A DNA stretch of 64,000 bases from Verrucomicrobiota bacterium (GTDB lineage Bacteria; Verrucomicrobiota; Verrucomicrobiia; Limisphaerales; AAA164-E04): positions 4,960,001-5,024,000 of the forward strand of contig CP170459.1 of the NCBI GenBank assembly GCA_047947115.1, read 5' to 3'. Shown one piece after another: positions 1-9,932 of this stretch. A model generated the notes under the pieces. The model was not told the origin of the DNA. It saw only the letters and a program-made list of their open reading frames with translations, and made no database searches. Each line of letters starts with the position of its first letter. Position 1 is the stretch's first letter. Made by a program: the position numbers and the translations under genes.

Positions 1-2811
1 GTCTCCGAAATGCTCCAACAGGAACACCCCTTGCTTGCCATGGCCGGCATGCAAATGCAGGGTGCGCCGCTGGATCCCCAAGCTTTTGGACAACAGGTCG
101 GCCTGGACGTCGGGGCTCCAGTCACCGTTTCCGTTTACCCTGGAGACCCGATCAAATTCTTTATTCTGAGTCTCGGCATATCAAACGAGGAAGCGCTGAC
201 TCAGTTCCTAACCTCTGACCAAGGTCCGCTCAGGGGAACCCCCATATCCATCGGGGGCCAAGACATGGTTCAGCTCCGTGTCGGCAACGGACCATTGAAA
301 AGAGTGTTCGGACTTGTCCATGAAGACCGTATTTATTTGTCAGGCGAACCCTCCCTGCTGTTGCTTTTGAAAGATACCGGTGGATACACCCGATTGTTCG
401 AAGACCCACACATGGCGGACGTCATGACCAAGGTGAATGATCTGGATGTCTTTGTTTCCGTTCATCCGGGCTTGGCAAAACCTCTGTTCAGTCAGATCAG
501 CTTCTTCAAATACCTGCCCATCTCGATTCTCAGCCAGCAAAAGGAAGCGCTTCTCAAGCAGATTGGCGAAAATGAACGGCAAGTCATCGATGCCCAGATC
601 CGTATGCAACTTCCGGTCAGTGGACTGGACGAACTACTGGATTATGCGGAATGTGTCGTATCGGCGGTTTATCAATCAGCAGTCGACAGTTTACTGAGCG
701 GAGCGACTTCTTTTGAAGGCGTGACACTGGGGATTCGAGCCAAATCCGAGACACCTGGTCTGACCATGATGGTGCACCGGGGTGAGATGAACCAGGCCAA
801 GGTCACCCGCCCCATTCCGAAGGATGAACTCCAAGACGCCCTCGCCCATTTTCCGGGAGATGTCAATCAATGGTCGGCCACCGGCCGTCACCCGGCAAAT
901 CTGCCTTCGGTATGGATCAAGGGCGTCATGGACAAAATGCATCACTTAATGGAAGCAAAAGGTCTTCGAACCGAGTGGCTGGAAAAAATCCAGCAGATCC
1001 ACACCAACCAGGCCAGGCTCCAGCCCATGGAATCTCAATCCGACTGGACTCTGAATGTCGGGGCAAAGATCAAGGAACTGCCCGCTCCGGGACAATATGA
1101 TTCGTTGCAGGACTTTTTCATGGATTGGGTTGAACAGCAATACCAACCGGCCTACCGTCAAGTCACCGCCATCCCAAACCAAGGCCCTCACCTCCTTTCA
1201 GAACACCTTGTTCAGCAGAAACATGTGTTGAAACAAAACCATGAACAAATAAAAGAATTGCTTCAACCCATGCAACGACAAGGTGGATGGATTGAGCAAC
1301 TGTATCGAGTGGATGCCAACCGTCGCGGTCCGAACGTTTCCGAATTCACCTGGGAAAACATCTGGAAGACCAAAAGCGGATTGTTCGGTTTTAACGAACA
1401 CGAACTCATCCATCGCAAAATCTATCTCGCCCGAAAGGTGGACCCGTTTTTGGTGTATCATCAGGACAGTGGAGACCACGCTTGGTTGCAAGATTTCGAA
1501 TGGAAAACAGAAGGTCACCTTCCCGAAAGCACCCAAACCTTACTGAACATGGTTCCGGGAGGTTCTCATGACATTCAGTTCGTGAAACTTAATGGGGCCC
1601 TGGCGACTCTGGTACATGGTCTGGCGGATTTTGAATCCCTGGCGCATCGGGATATACAAAACTATCTGGACCAGGTCGCGGAACAATTGTCCAGCGTCGA
1701 CAAATCAGACCAAGATGCGGTGAAAACGGCCTTGTACAGGGTTCCATTCTCCCCCATGCTGGCAAGTGTCAACCAAAACCCTGAATCGGGAGATGTTTAT
1801 GGATTACTGCCTGGCAACATTGCCTTTCCTCGTCCCAAACTGGCTCCGATATTACAAGAATTGATCAAGGATTACGAAGCTCAGGCAAACGATGTCGGCG
1901 GTATCATCACCTATGCAAAGCACCACGATACCACCTGTGAATTCGGCATCATTCACCATACCGGAGGATTGACTTCACTCCTCAAAATTGTCGGCAACAC
2001 CCTGGCGAACCAGTATCTCAAAAACCCGGAAGGCATGCAGAGGTTGATGCAACGCGCCATGTCTCCGCTGGACATGTCTCCTGATAAAAACAACCAGATA
2101 CTGGCAAAAAACCCACGTTGGCTCTTTCTGGACAACATCCAGCGCGGCAGGCAGACGATGTCCACACAATCGGCGGGGCCCAAGGTGAAGGCATCGCCTC
2201 AACAATCCATCCCGGACCGTGATGCCACTACTCCGGAGGAATGTATTGACCTGGGCTCCTACTATAATGCAGCTCTGAATGACGCCTTTCACCTGGGCGG
2301 ACTGGACGGCAACAACCTGGCTGGCTTCCCGCGCGGAACGCAATCGTTTGAGGGAATTACCTTCGATGCCCGTGGCTTGATCCATCTGAGCGGCAAACAA
2401 GTTCGGGCCATCTCGAGCTTGGATTACCCTGCTGCAGTCACCGACATCCTTGTCGGAAAGAAAGCCTCGCAACTGCATTTTCTCCACGGAGCAGGATGGC
2501 AGGCCGACCAGGGGAAAACCATTGGTCAATGGATAATTTATTACAACGACGGCACGGAATCGGTCGTTCCGATTCGTTATGGTATTGAGGTATCTGATTG
2601 GTGGACATTACCCGATGCCGCACCATTGGAAGGTTCCGATATTGCATGGGAAGGCGACAACGATGCGAGTCGGAATTCAAACATGAAACTTCGTGTCTAT
2701 AAAACCACCTGGAACAATCCTCACCCTGAAAAAACCATCAGTGCCCTGGATTTCCGATCCACCATGACCGACAGTTCCCCATATCTGATCGCGATCACAA
2801 CGGAACCTTGA
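1..2811 (+). CDS. Large hypothetical protein, 5'-partial; N-terminal region resembles DUF3352-like proteins, C-terminal ~190 aa beta-sandwich (galactose-binding-like) domain
   Basis: Frame is open from base 1 (gtc tcc gaa atg), so the true start may lie upstream. 933-aa ORF. The C-terminal segment IDL..YYNA..NNL..P.G...F.GI.F..RG...LHFLHG..W...Y.DG...PI.YG....DWW...W.NP.P...I..LDF.S is recognisable as a module seen in PVC proteins. Confidence 0.7.
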   Translation, partial: VSEMLQQEHPLLAMAGMQMQGAPLDPQAFGQQVGLDVGAPVTVSVYPGDPIKFFILSLGISNEEALTQFLTSDQGPLRGTPISIGGQDMVQLRVGNGPLKRVFGLVHEDRIYLSGEPSLLLLLKDTGGYTRLFEDPHMADVMTKVNDLDVFVSVHPGLAKPLFSQISFFKYLPISILSQQKEALLKQIGENERQVIDAQIRMQLPVSGLDELLDYAECVVSAVYQSAVDSLLSGATSFEGVTLGIRAKSETPGLTMMVHRGEMNQAKVTRPIPKDELQDALAHFPGDVNQWSATGRHPANLPSVWIKGVMDKMHHLMEAKGLRTEWLEKIQQIHTNQARLQPMESQSDWTLNVGAKIKELPAPGQYDSLQDFFMDWVEQQYQPAYRQVTAIPNQGPHLLSEHLVQQKHVLKQNHEQIKELLQPMQRQGGWIEQLYRVDANRRGPNVSEFTWENIWKTKSGLFGFNEHELIHRKIYLARKVDPFLVYHQDSGDHAWLQDFEWKTEGHLPESTQTLLNMVPGGSHDIQFVKLNGALATLVHGLADFESLAHRDIQNYLDQVAEQLSSVDKSDQDAVKTALYRVPFSPMLASVNQNPESGDVYGLLPGNIAFPRPKLAPILQELIKDYEAQANDVGGIITYAKHHDTTCEFGIIHHTGGLTSLLKIVGNTLANQYLKNPEGMQRLMQRAMSPLDMSPDKNNQILAKNPRWLFLDNIQRGRQTMSTQSAGPKVKASPQQSIPDRDATTPEECIDLGSYYNAALNDAFHLGGLDGNNLAGFPRGTQSFEGITFDARGLIHLSGKQVRAISSLDYPAAVTDILVGKKASQLHFLHGAGWQADQGKTIGQWIIYYNDGTESVVPIRYGIEVSDWWTLPDAAPLEGSDIAWEGDNDASRNSNMKLRVYKTTWNNPHPEKTISALDFRSTMTDSSPYLIAITTEP

Positions 2812-2929
2812 TTCCATCCCGCACAGACTCTCAGTATTGAGTTATCGGGCGGCGGATGTGATCAACCTCGTCTTATCGACAGAGTTGGTTGCAATCCGCC
2901 GCTTTCTTTCGTTAGACTGGAATCGAAGC

Positions 2930-3253
2930 ATGGATTTGACCATTGAACATTTCAGAAACGAAATCGAGACCGCACTGGCCGTGTACGACAAGTATGTGGT
3001 GTGTCTGGAAAAAACGCCTGATGAATGCAGAGAATCCCTCGAAAGCCTGACCAAAAGAGCCATCAACGTATTTGAAAACAGAGGCCCGAACCTTCGCCAT
3101 GGGATTGCACTGGACAAGCATGTCACCGTCATGCTGAGCCAGACCAACCGGGAAATCCCGCTTTGTGCCATCTACTTCAACCTCTGCTCCCCTTACCACA
3201 GAGAAAAAGAGAAAGCAGAAAAAAACAGTCCAGCCCCCCCAACGGACGACTAA
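2930..3253 (+). CDS. Small hypothetical protein (107 aa)
   Basis: ATG at 2930 is preceded by a TTGCAA-N18-TAGACT promoter-like pair. Protein-like composition; fills the gap between neighbours. Confidence 0.65.
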   Translation: MDLTIEHFRNEIETALAVYDKYVVCLEKTPDECRESLESLTKRAINVFENRGPNLRHGIALDKHVTVMLSQTNREIPLCAIYFNLCSPYHREKEKAEKNSPAPPTDD

Positions 3254-3316
3254 TAGCGTCCTTACCTACTGTGCCTTCCGCTGCTCATCAACTGAAACAA
3301 ACCGGACAGTCCATGC

Positions 3317-3976
3317 CTAGCGAGATGCTTCCCTGATATCGTCGCCCTTGTTCACGCTTTTACCATCTCGTAGCTGCTTCAATTTCTCCCAATAATTCAG
3401 CGCTGTTTTGACGGAATCAGGCAACATTTGCATGGCCGCATCGCGTTTAGTCAAATTCAAGCCGGACCAATCGATCGCCTTGGCTTCCTTTCCGCAAGCA
3501 GGACATACCGGAGGGGCATGTTGGGAATCGAGCCCTGAAGCAAGACACGCATGGCAGAACAAGTGAAAACAATGTTCACATTCGTAAACGGCACGTTGAT
3601 CCTGATGGTTCAGGCAACTGTAACTACCATCAGAAAGAGGAACGGATTCCAGATGCGGTGCCGGACTCGATGATTCGGGGGTATCTTCAGCCAAGACTTT
3701 GATCATGAATGTGCCCAGATGAATCATTTGCCCGGGAGCCACCACACACGTGTCCACCGGGGCCCCCTCCACAAACACTCCCGAAACCGTTCCGACATCT
3801 TGAATCCGCATCACGCCACCCGCGTCAACCGTCAACAAACAGTGTTCGCCGGAGACTGCAAGTTCATCGATAACAATATCATTGTCATCGTTACGCCCCA
3901 CTCGATAGCGTCCCGGCTTCAGATCAACAGACACCTTGCGGTCATCCCAGGTATGGTATTGCAATTTTAACATCAT
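3317..3976 (-). CDS. FHA-domain protein with C-terminal Cys/His zinc finger (B-box/RING-like)
   Basis: FHA motifs VGR..DND, VSGEHC, IQDVGT.SG.FV. Zinc-finger pattern CLNH...CEHC...FCHAC...CPAC. Confidence 0.85.
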   Translation of the reverse strand: MMLKLQYHTWDDRKVSVDLKPGRYRVGRNDDNDIVIDELAVSGEHCLLTVDAGGVMRIQDVGTVSGVFVEGAPVDTCVVAPGQMIHLGTFMIKVLAEDTPESSSPAPHLESVPLSDGSYSCLNHQDQRAVYECEHCFHLFCHACLASGLDSQHAPPVCPACGKEAKAIDWSGLNLTKRDAAMQMLPDSVKTALNYWEKLKQLRDGKSVNKGDDIREASR

Positions 3977-4065
3977 CCAGAATTCCTTTGTAAACGAATG
4001 TCAGCCACAATGAAATATGAAAAAGATTGTGAGAAACAACATCATGCGATATGGATAGGTGGTTC

Positions 4066-4419
4066 ATGCAATATTTGATATTCAGCATCATAGGAGTCAT
4101 CAGCGGCATCACGAGCGGATTGTTCGGTGTCGGCGGCGGCATTATCATTGTGCCCGCTTTGACCTATTTTCTGGATATCCCGATCAAAACCGCCATTGGC
4201 ACCTCCCTGGCAGTCATTGTACCAACCGCCATCATGGGAGCCAGCAAGCACTATCATCAGGGCAATATCGATTGGAAGATCATGGCCGCCATTGCTCCGC
4301 TTGCCATCGCCGGAGGTTACCTTGGCGCTTGGATGACCCAACACCTGAAGCCTGGTCAAATCCAGAAGGGTTTTGCCGTGCTCATGGTCTACGTTGGCAT
4401 ACGATTATTTTTCAAATGA
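4066..4419 (+). CDS. Half-size TauE/SafE (TSUP) family membrane protein
   Basis: SGLFGVGGG and AIGTSL motifs, about 4 hydrophobic helices. SD-like GGATAGGTGG before ATG 4066. Confidence 0.85.
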   Translation: MQYLIFSIIGVISGITSGLFGVGGGIIIVPALTYFLDIPIKTAIGTSLAVIVPTAIMGASKHYHQGNIDWKIMAAIAPLAIAGGYLGAWMTQHLKPGQIQKGFAVLMVYVGIRLFFK

Positions 4420-5474
4420 AGATGCACGCCATTCAATTTCCGAAACTTTCTGCAACAACAGGATTTTTAGTATGGATCGCGTGCCTCATGGCATCGCATT
4501 GTCAAACAACCTTTGCCGGGAAAGTCACCTTGTTTCTCAAGGGAAATTCTGTGCTTGAGGGCGATTTGCTGGCCGAAAAACGCGACCAATTGGTCATGGA
4601 CATGGGTTACACGGTCATGTTGATCCCCAGGTCGCAAGTGGCACGCATCGACAAGGAAACCAACGAGCCTGCGCAGGGTTCAGCAAAGACGGATGAGCCC
4701 GGAAAACACTCGATTGAGCAGTCCGGCCTCTACTCCATCTCAAGAGACAAGCTGCCCGATCAATCGGTTCCTGAGTTGACGCGAACTTTGGGAGGCGCTG
4801 TGGTTCAAGTGCGGACCCCTTCCGGCCTTGGCTCCGGTTTCATCATCCATCCTGAAGGTTACCTTATCACCAACTACCATGTGATCGAAGGTGAAACAGA
4901 AATCATCATTGAGGTGTATCAGGAGGAAAAAGGAGCACTGAAGCGAGTCGCATTTGAAGACACACGCATTGTTGCTCTGGACAAATTTGCCGATCTGGCA
5001 CTACTGAAAATGGAAACCGACACCGAACCATCCTTCGAGTTCCCGACCGTTCTGCTGGGAGATATCCGGTCGGTGCATGTTGGCCAACCTGCTTTCGCCA
5101 TCGGCAGTCCTCTTGGTTTGGAACGAACGGTCACCGAAGGCATAGTCAGCACCAAGACGAGGGCATTTGAAGGTCGCCTTTTTCTGCAGACAACAACCCA
5201 GATCAATCCGGGAAACAGTGGAGGCCCCCTCTTCAACCATCGAGGTGAAGTGATCGGGGTCACCAACATGAAACTCAATTTCAGTGAAGGTCTCGGATTT
5301 GCGATTCCAGTGGACCGTTTAAGATATTTTTTGGACAACAGGGAGGCATTTGCCTATGACCAGCACAATCCGAGTAGCCCCTACCGGTACCTGCCCGCAC
5401 CCGGTATAGTCAACGTTCACCAGTCCGAAAAAAGCAAACAGCCTGAGGGTGGATCCCACAACAACAACAAATAA
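4416..5474 (+). CDS. Secreted trypsin-like (S1C/HtrA-type, no PDZ) serine protease
   Basis: GSGFII, TNYHV (His), DLALLK (Asp), INPGNSGGPL (Ser). Signal-like N-terminus. ATGA overlap with the upstream stop fixes the start at 4416 rather than 4059. Confidence 0.92.
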   Translation: MKMHAIQFPKLSATTGFLVWIACLMASHCQTTFAGKVTLFLKGNSVLEGDLLAEKRDQLVMDMGYTVMLIPRSQVARIDKETNEPAQGSAKTDEPGKHSIEQSGLYSISRDKLPDQSVPELTRTLGGAVVQVRTPSGLGSGFIIHPEGYLITNYHVIEGETEIIIEVYQEEKGALKRVAFEDTRIVALDKFADLALLKMETDTEPSFEFPTVLLGDIRSVHVGQPAFAIGSPLGLERTVTEGIVSTKTRAFEGRLFLQTTTQINPGNSGGPLFNHRGEVIGVTNMKLNFSEGLGFAIPVDRLRYFLDNREAFAYDQHNPSSPYRYLPAPGIVNVHQSEKSKQPEGGSHNNNK

Positions 5475-5492
5475 AATCAAACAAAGACTGAT

Positions 5493-7415
5493 ATGTTAAA
5501 AATGAAACAAAACGCCAAGGTCATGCTCCACCTGACGTGGGCACTATTCTTGGGCAATCAACAGTTCACCCTCCTTCAGGCGGAGACACCAGCACCGCAA
5601 CAACTGGTTCCTGAGAACGCATGGGCTGTCCTGACCATTCCCAGTTATGACGGAGCCAGGAAGGCATGGAATGAAACCTTGTACATGCAATTCTGGAACG
5701 ATCCTGCCATGTCCGAATTTCGCGAACATGCGGAAAAATCTTTCGACACCAAGGTCTCTCAAGAATTCGAAAACAAGACCGGTTTTTCGCTCAGTTCGCT
5801 GAGTCAACTCATCAAAGGTCAGGCCACACTGGCCCTGTTTCCATCTCAGCAAGAAAAGCAACAAGGCATGGATATACTTGCCATCATGGACTCGGGAGAC
5901 CAGGCTGCCAGAATTAAAGAACTGATCGAACTTGCCCGCAACAAATCGTCTGAAGCAGGTCACCCGCTCAAACCTTTAACCATTCAGAACCTGCCATTTT
6001 ACTCCGCGGAAATCGATGCCGACTTACCCCAATTCGGATCATCCAAGGGAACCGACACGAAAAGTAAAAAATTGACATTCACCTTTGGTCAGGTCGATTC
6101 CGTGCTCCTGGCAAGCAGCTCAACAGTTCATTTGGAACAAACCATCCAACGCATCCGGGGCGGAGGAGGAAAGGCCATCGCTTCGCAGGCCACTTTCAAT
6201 CAGTTCTATCAAAAGAAATTCCGAAACGCCGCGGCCTACGGGTTCATACAATTCCAGCCGATCTACGCTTTGATCAAACAGTTCATCTCTGAGAACGCCC
6301 CCAACCCGAGTTCATCCCAAGATCCTATCGCAGCACTGATGCCAAAGCCGGAGACAATTCTGAAAGCACTTGGGCTGGAAGGCATCCAGGGCCTCGGATT
6401 CTCATGGGCATCCGACAAGGAAGGTTCCATCTGGGATTTCGCGGTTCAAGTCCCCACCAGTCAACGCACGGGGTTGCTCGGTTTGGTTGAATTTGAAAGC
6501 AAAGACGCCTCCCCTCCCACATTTGTCACAGAGGACGTGTCCACCTTTCAGCGCATTCGCTTCGATGCACGTAAAAGCTGGCAGAAGCTGGAAGCCATGC
6601 TCGGACAAATTTCCCCTCAAATTGCCGGGGTGCTCCAGATGACGATGAATCTCATCGGAAAGGACCGCGACCCCAACTTTGATTTTCGCAGGAATTTCAT
6701 TGAAAACCTCGGTGATGATTTCATCGTGGCGCAATGGTCTCCGGCTACCACCGAGTTGACCGATGTGATGAACCCACCTGAGATCATCCTCATCGGAAGT
6801 CCAAACCCGGAACCTCTTGTCAAAGCCTTCATCGCTGCCAGCGGATTATTACCGGGAGGCAACAGTGTCCTGAAAGAAAGATCATTTCTGGGCCGGACCA
6901 TCTACTCCATCAACATCCCTACCGGTGCGCCGGCCCCCGGGGCGAATCCAAACGAAATGACCACCATGGGCATTCATTTTGTTGCCAGCGGCACGTATGT
7001 GGCCTTTTCGACTGACGAAGACATGATCGAATCCTATTTGAGATCAGGAAACAGATCCGGTCGCCCACTGAAAAACAACCCTGAATTCCAACAGGCCGCA
7101 CAGTCTGTCGGCGGATTCAACTCGGGCTATATCAATTACCAGAGTTTCGCCTCCGTGATTCAGCTTTATTATGAATCTTTCCGCACCAATCCCGACTCGG
7201 CTCTGAGCGGCATGCTGGGAGCTTTTATTGGAGAGGCCATACCGGAATCGACAGATTCCAAGGACGGCGGGAATGCGCTGGTCGACTTCAAAAAGCTCCC
7301 CCCTTATGATCAGGTTAAAAAATACTTTCACTTCAATGTCACTGGAAACAATAGTGATGAAACCATGTTAAACATGATTTCAGTATCCCCAATCCCTTCT
7401 CAGTTAAAACGTTAA
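5493..7415 (+). CDS. Exported DUF3352-like hypothetical protein
   Basis: 640-aa ORF with signal-peptide-like N-terminus; overall pattern resembles PVC DUF3352-type proteins (by eye). Confidence 0.65.
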   Translation: MLKMKQNAKVMLHLTWALFLGNQQFTLLQAETPAPQQLVPENAWAVLTIPSYDGARKAWNETLYMQFWNDPAMSEFREHAEKSFDTKVSQEFENKTGFSLSSLSQLIKGQATLALFPSQQEKQQGMDILAIMDSGDQAARIKELIELARNKSSEAGHPLKPLTIQNLPFYSAEIDADLPQFGSSKGTDTKSKKLTFTFGQVDSVLLASSSTVHLEQTIQRIRGGGGKAIASQATFNQFYQKKFRNAAAYGFIQFQPIYALIKQFISENAPNPSSSQDPIAALMPKPETILKALGLEGIQGLGFSWASDKEGSIWDFAVQVPTSQRTGLLGLVEFESKDASPPTFVTEDVSTFQRIRFDARKSWQKLEAMLGQISPQIAGVLQMTMNLIGKDRDPNFDFRRNFIENLGDDFIVAQWSPATTELTDVMNPPEIILIGSPNPEPLVKAFIAASGLLPGGNSVLKERSFLGRTIYSINIPTGAPAPGANPNEMTTMGIHFVASGTYVAFSTDEDMIESYLRSGNRSGRPLKNNPEFQQAAQSVGGFNSGYINYQSFASVIQLYYESFRTNPDSALSGMLGAFIGEAIPESTDSKDGGNALVDFKKLPPYDQVKKYFHFNVTGNNSDETMLNMISVSPIPSQLKR

Positions 7416-7512
7416 TTCACATTGACCCGCAATGCGGGCAATGATATTCCAAGTTCATTACGGAAGCCTTCATTCTGAAGGTTTGCGTATGTATTTGTGT
7501 AGGTGAACGATC

Positions 7513-8583
7513 GTGAACTCTTCGTGCAATCAGGTTGAAACAGGATCTGGGTACAGGGCATTATGTCGCTGGATATCTCAACGTTCCCCTGAATCATCCT
7601 ATATATCCACCCCAGACGATGCCGCACCGGCGTCTCCACACCCTTACCCACCATTTCCTGGATCCATTGGCGTGTATTCTTCCGGATCCACCGGAAAACC
7701 AAAGTTGATCTGGAAGGATATAAACCGCTTGGAGAATGATTGCAGCCGACACACCAGCCATAAAGCATGCACGTGGGCCACTTGTTTTGCTCCGTCAAGC
7801 TTCGCCGGGGTGCAGGTGGCCGCCCAGGCGATGGTTTCCGGTGGAAACATTCTGCCTTTGGGGAAGAAGTGGACAAACAACCGTCAGTTGCTCTTTCAGT
7901 CCCAACCGGAAATACTGGCGGCAACACCGACATTTTTGCATTTGCTTCAGCAAGCATTGAACCATTCCCTGTCCGAACGATGGCAACCACGGCAAATCAC
8001 TCTGGGTGGGGAACCCATTCGCCCAACGACGGAACATATCCTCCAAAATCAATTTCCAACAAGCCGGGTCACCCTCATTTATGCTTCGGCGGAAATGGGA
8101 ATCATCGCAAAATCCCACCGTAAGGACGGATGGTATCCTATCCGATTTTTGAGACAAAGATTTGATGGATGGCGTCAGGAGAATGGTGAACTACAATTGC
8201 TCAGGAACAATGACTGGATAAAGACTGGCGATCATTGTGAAGTCAATGATGACCATTTCCGCATTGTGGGAAGGATGGATCGGGTGATCCATGTTGGAGG
8301 ATTCAAAGTGTGCCTGGACGACATTGAAACCATGGCGGAATCATTCTCCGAAGTCAGTCGAGCCCTTGCCTTCGCAAAAGAGAATCCGGTGACAGGTCAT
8401 GTCGTCGCTCTGGTCCTGGAATCTTCCAAACCGTTTCGGAATCAGGTCATGTTGGATAATATTTTGGAAAACTTGCGCAAACGCCTTCCCAAACCAGCAT
8501 GGCCACGCTGGACTGCCTGGGGAAAAGTCCGGGCATTGAAAAACGGAAAACGCATACTCCTCCCCGATTCTAACATCACATGA
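7513..8583 (+). CDS. Short AMP-binding (ANL superfamily) acyl-CoA/acyl-carrier ligase
   Basis: P-loop YSSGSTGKPK, GGEP, YASAE, TGD, GRMD..I.VGG.KV. N-terminus is short relative to typical ANL enzymes. Confidence 0.85.
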   Translation: MNSSCNQVETGSGYRALCRWISQRSPESSYISTPDDAAPASPHPYPPFPGSIGVYSSGSTGKPKLIWKDINRLENDCSRHTSHKACTWATCFAPSSFAGVQVAAQAMVSGGNILPLGKKWTNNRQLLFQSQPEILAATPTFLHLLQQALNHSLSERWQPRQITLGGEPIRPTTEHILQNQFPTSRVTLIYASAEMGIIAKSHRKDGWYPIRFLRQRFDGWRQENGELQLLRNNDWIKTGDHCEVNDDHFRIVGRMDRVIHVGGFKVCLDDIETMAESFSEVSRALAFAKENPVTGHVVALVLESSKPFRNQVMLDNILENLRKRLPKPAWPRWTAWGKVRALKNGKRILLPDSNIT

Positions 8584-9320
8584 AATCATTGGACGGAAAA
8601 CGCATCCTTGTGACAGGAGGTTCCCGAGGTCTTGGACTCGACATCTGTGAGACGCTGCTGAAATCAAAAGCTTCGGTCATCACCACGGCAAGACAATCCA
8701 CAGCTGATGTGGAAGATCTGAATCAACGTTTTGAGAATCACTTTGAATTCTTTTCATGTGACTTTTCCGACAACAAACAACTTGGATCTTTTGTGGAAAA
8801 AGCCCGGTTGATGAACAAACCGGTCCATGGTCTGGTTGCCAACGCGGCTGTTGGGACGGAGGGGCTGCTCACCTTGCTGTCCCACGACCAAATCCATCGT
8901 TCGCTGCAGATAAACCTCCATGCAACCATACTGATCACACAGGCAGTGCTCAAAAGCATGCTGGCCCATCAACAATCGGGGAGTCTGGTGTTCATTTCAT
9001 CAGCATGCGCCCACCGGGGATTCAAGGGATTGAGTGTCTATGCGGCAGCCAAAGCGGGGCTGTGCGGATTTTCCAAGGCAGTTGCCCGGGAATACGGTCC
9101 CCGGGGCGTTCGCAGCAATGCAGTGCTGCCCGGGTTTTTACAAACCGAGATGACGCGGAACTTAAGTGGTTCCCAAACCGAATCCATCCGTAAAAGGACA
9201 TCTCTCAAACGTCTCGGCAAGCCCTGCGACGTTACCCAAACCGTGCTGCACCTTTTGTCGGATGAATCACATTACATCACCGGCTCCGAAATTGTGGTGG
9301 ATGGAGGTTTGACAAACTAA
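8580..9320 (+). CDS. SDR family oxidoreductase, FabG-like
   Basis: TGGSRGLG, ANAA, YAAAK catalytic motif, PGFLQTEM. ATGA overlap with the upstream gene. Confidence 0.92.
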   Translation: MKSLDGKRILVTGGSRGLGLDICETLLKSKASVITTARQSTADVEDLNQRFENHFEFFSCDFSDNKQLGSFVEKARLMNKPVHGLVANAAVGTEGLLTLLSHDQIHRSLQINLHATILITQAVLKSMLAHQQSGSLVFISSACAHRGFKGLSVYAAAKAGLCGFSKAVAREYGPRGVRSNAVLPGFLQTEMTRNLSGSQTESIRKRTSLKRLGKPCDVTQTVLHLLSDESHYITGSEIVVDGGLTN

Positions 9321-9333
9321 ATCAGGAAAGAAC

Positions 9334-9903
9334 ATGCAGAGGCTCCCAAAAACTTTCGGCCCGGGCAAACTCATCGATGCAGACATTCTGAACGACCTGT
9401 TCAAACTGGCTGGTCAACAAGTGCGCATCTTTGAAAACGCCCGCATCGACCAACCAAATAAGATTAGTATCGGAGATTTCTCACAGATCGACGAAGGCGT
9501 TCACTTGTTCGCCGGAGAAGGCATTCAAATCGGTCGCCATGTTCACTTCGCGTTTGGATCCTCGGTATCAGGGGGAGGATGGTGTGCAATCGGTGATTAT
9601 GTCAGCATTGGAGCAGCTGTCCGCATTGTCACCGGAACTGAAAATATTGAGTCCGGATTAACCAATCCAACGGTACCATCAGCATCACGCTCTCCGCTTC
9701 GCGCCTCGATCAACATTGGAGATCATGCAGTCGTATTTACCGGCGCCATCCTGTTTCCGGGAGTCCACATCGGAGAAGGCGCTGTTGTCTCTGCCGGATC
9801 TTTGGTGCACCATGATTTGAAACCCTGGACGATATACGGCGGTCATCCACTGGTCCCGATCAAGAAGAGGGAAATGAATAAAGTAGCAGGCCTCGCGACG
9901 TGA
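9334..9903 (+). CDS. Hexapeptide-repeat (left-handed beta-helix) acyltransferase
   Basis: Repeated I-G-x-x-x-x hexapeptides; PGVHIGEGAVVSAGSLV...GGHP. Confidence 0.88.
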   Translation: MQRLPKTFGPGKLIDADILNDLFKLAGQQVRIFENARIDQPNKISIGDFSQIDEGVHLFAGEGIQIGRHVHFAFGSSVSGGGWCAIGDYVSIGAAVRIVTGTENIESGLTNPTVPSASRSPLRASINIGDHAVVFTGAILFPGVHIGEGAVVSAGSLVHHDLKPWTIYGGHPLVPIKKREMNKVAGLAT

Positions 9904-9932
9904 TTTCCTCGCTGGCCGCCCTTGACATAGAA

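Noticed and set aside
4059..4415. 119-codon N-terminal extension of the protease ORF overlapping TauE
   Set aside because: Off-frame shadow of the TauE gene. The ATGA overlap and signal peptide place the start at 4416.
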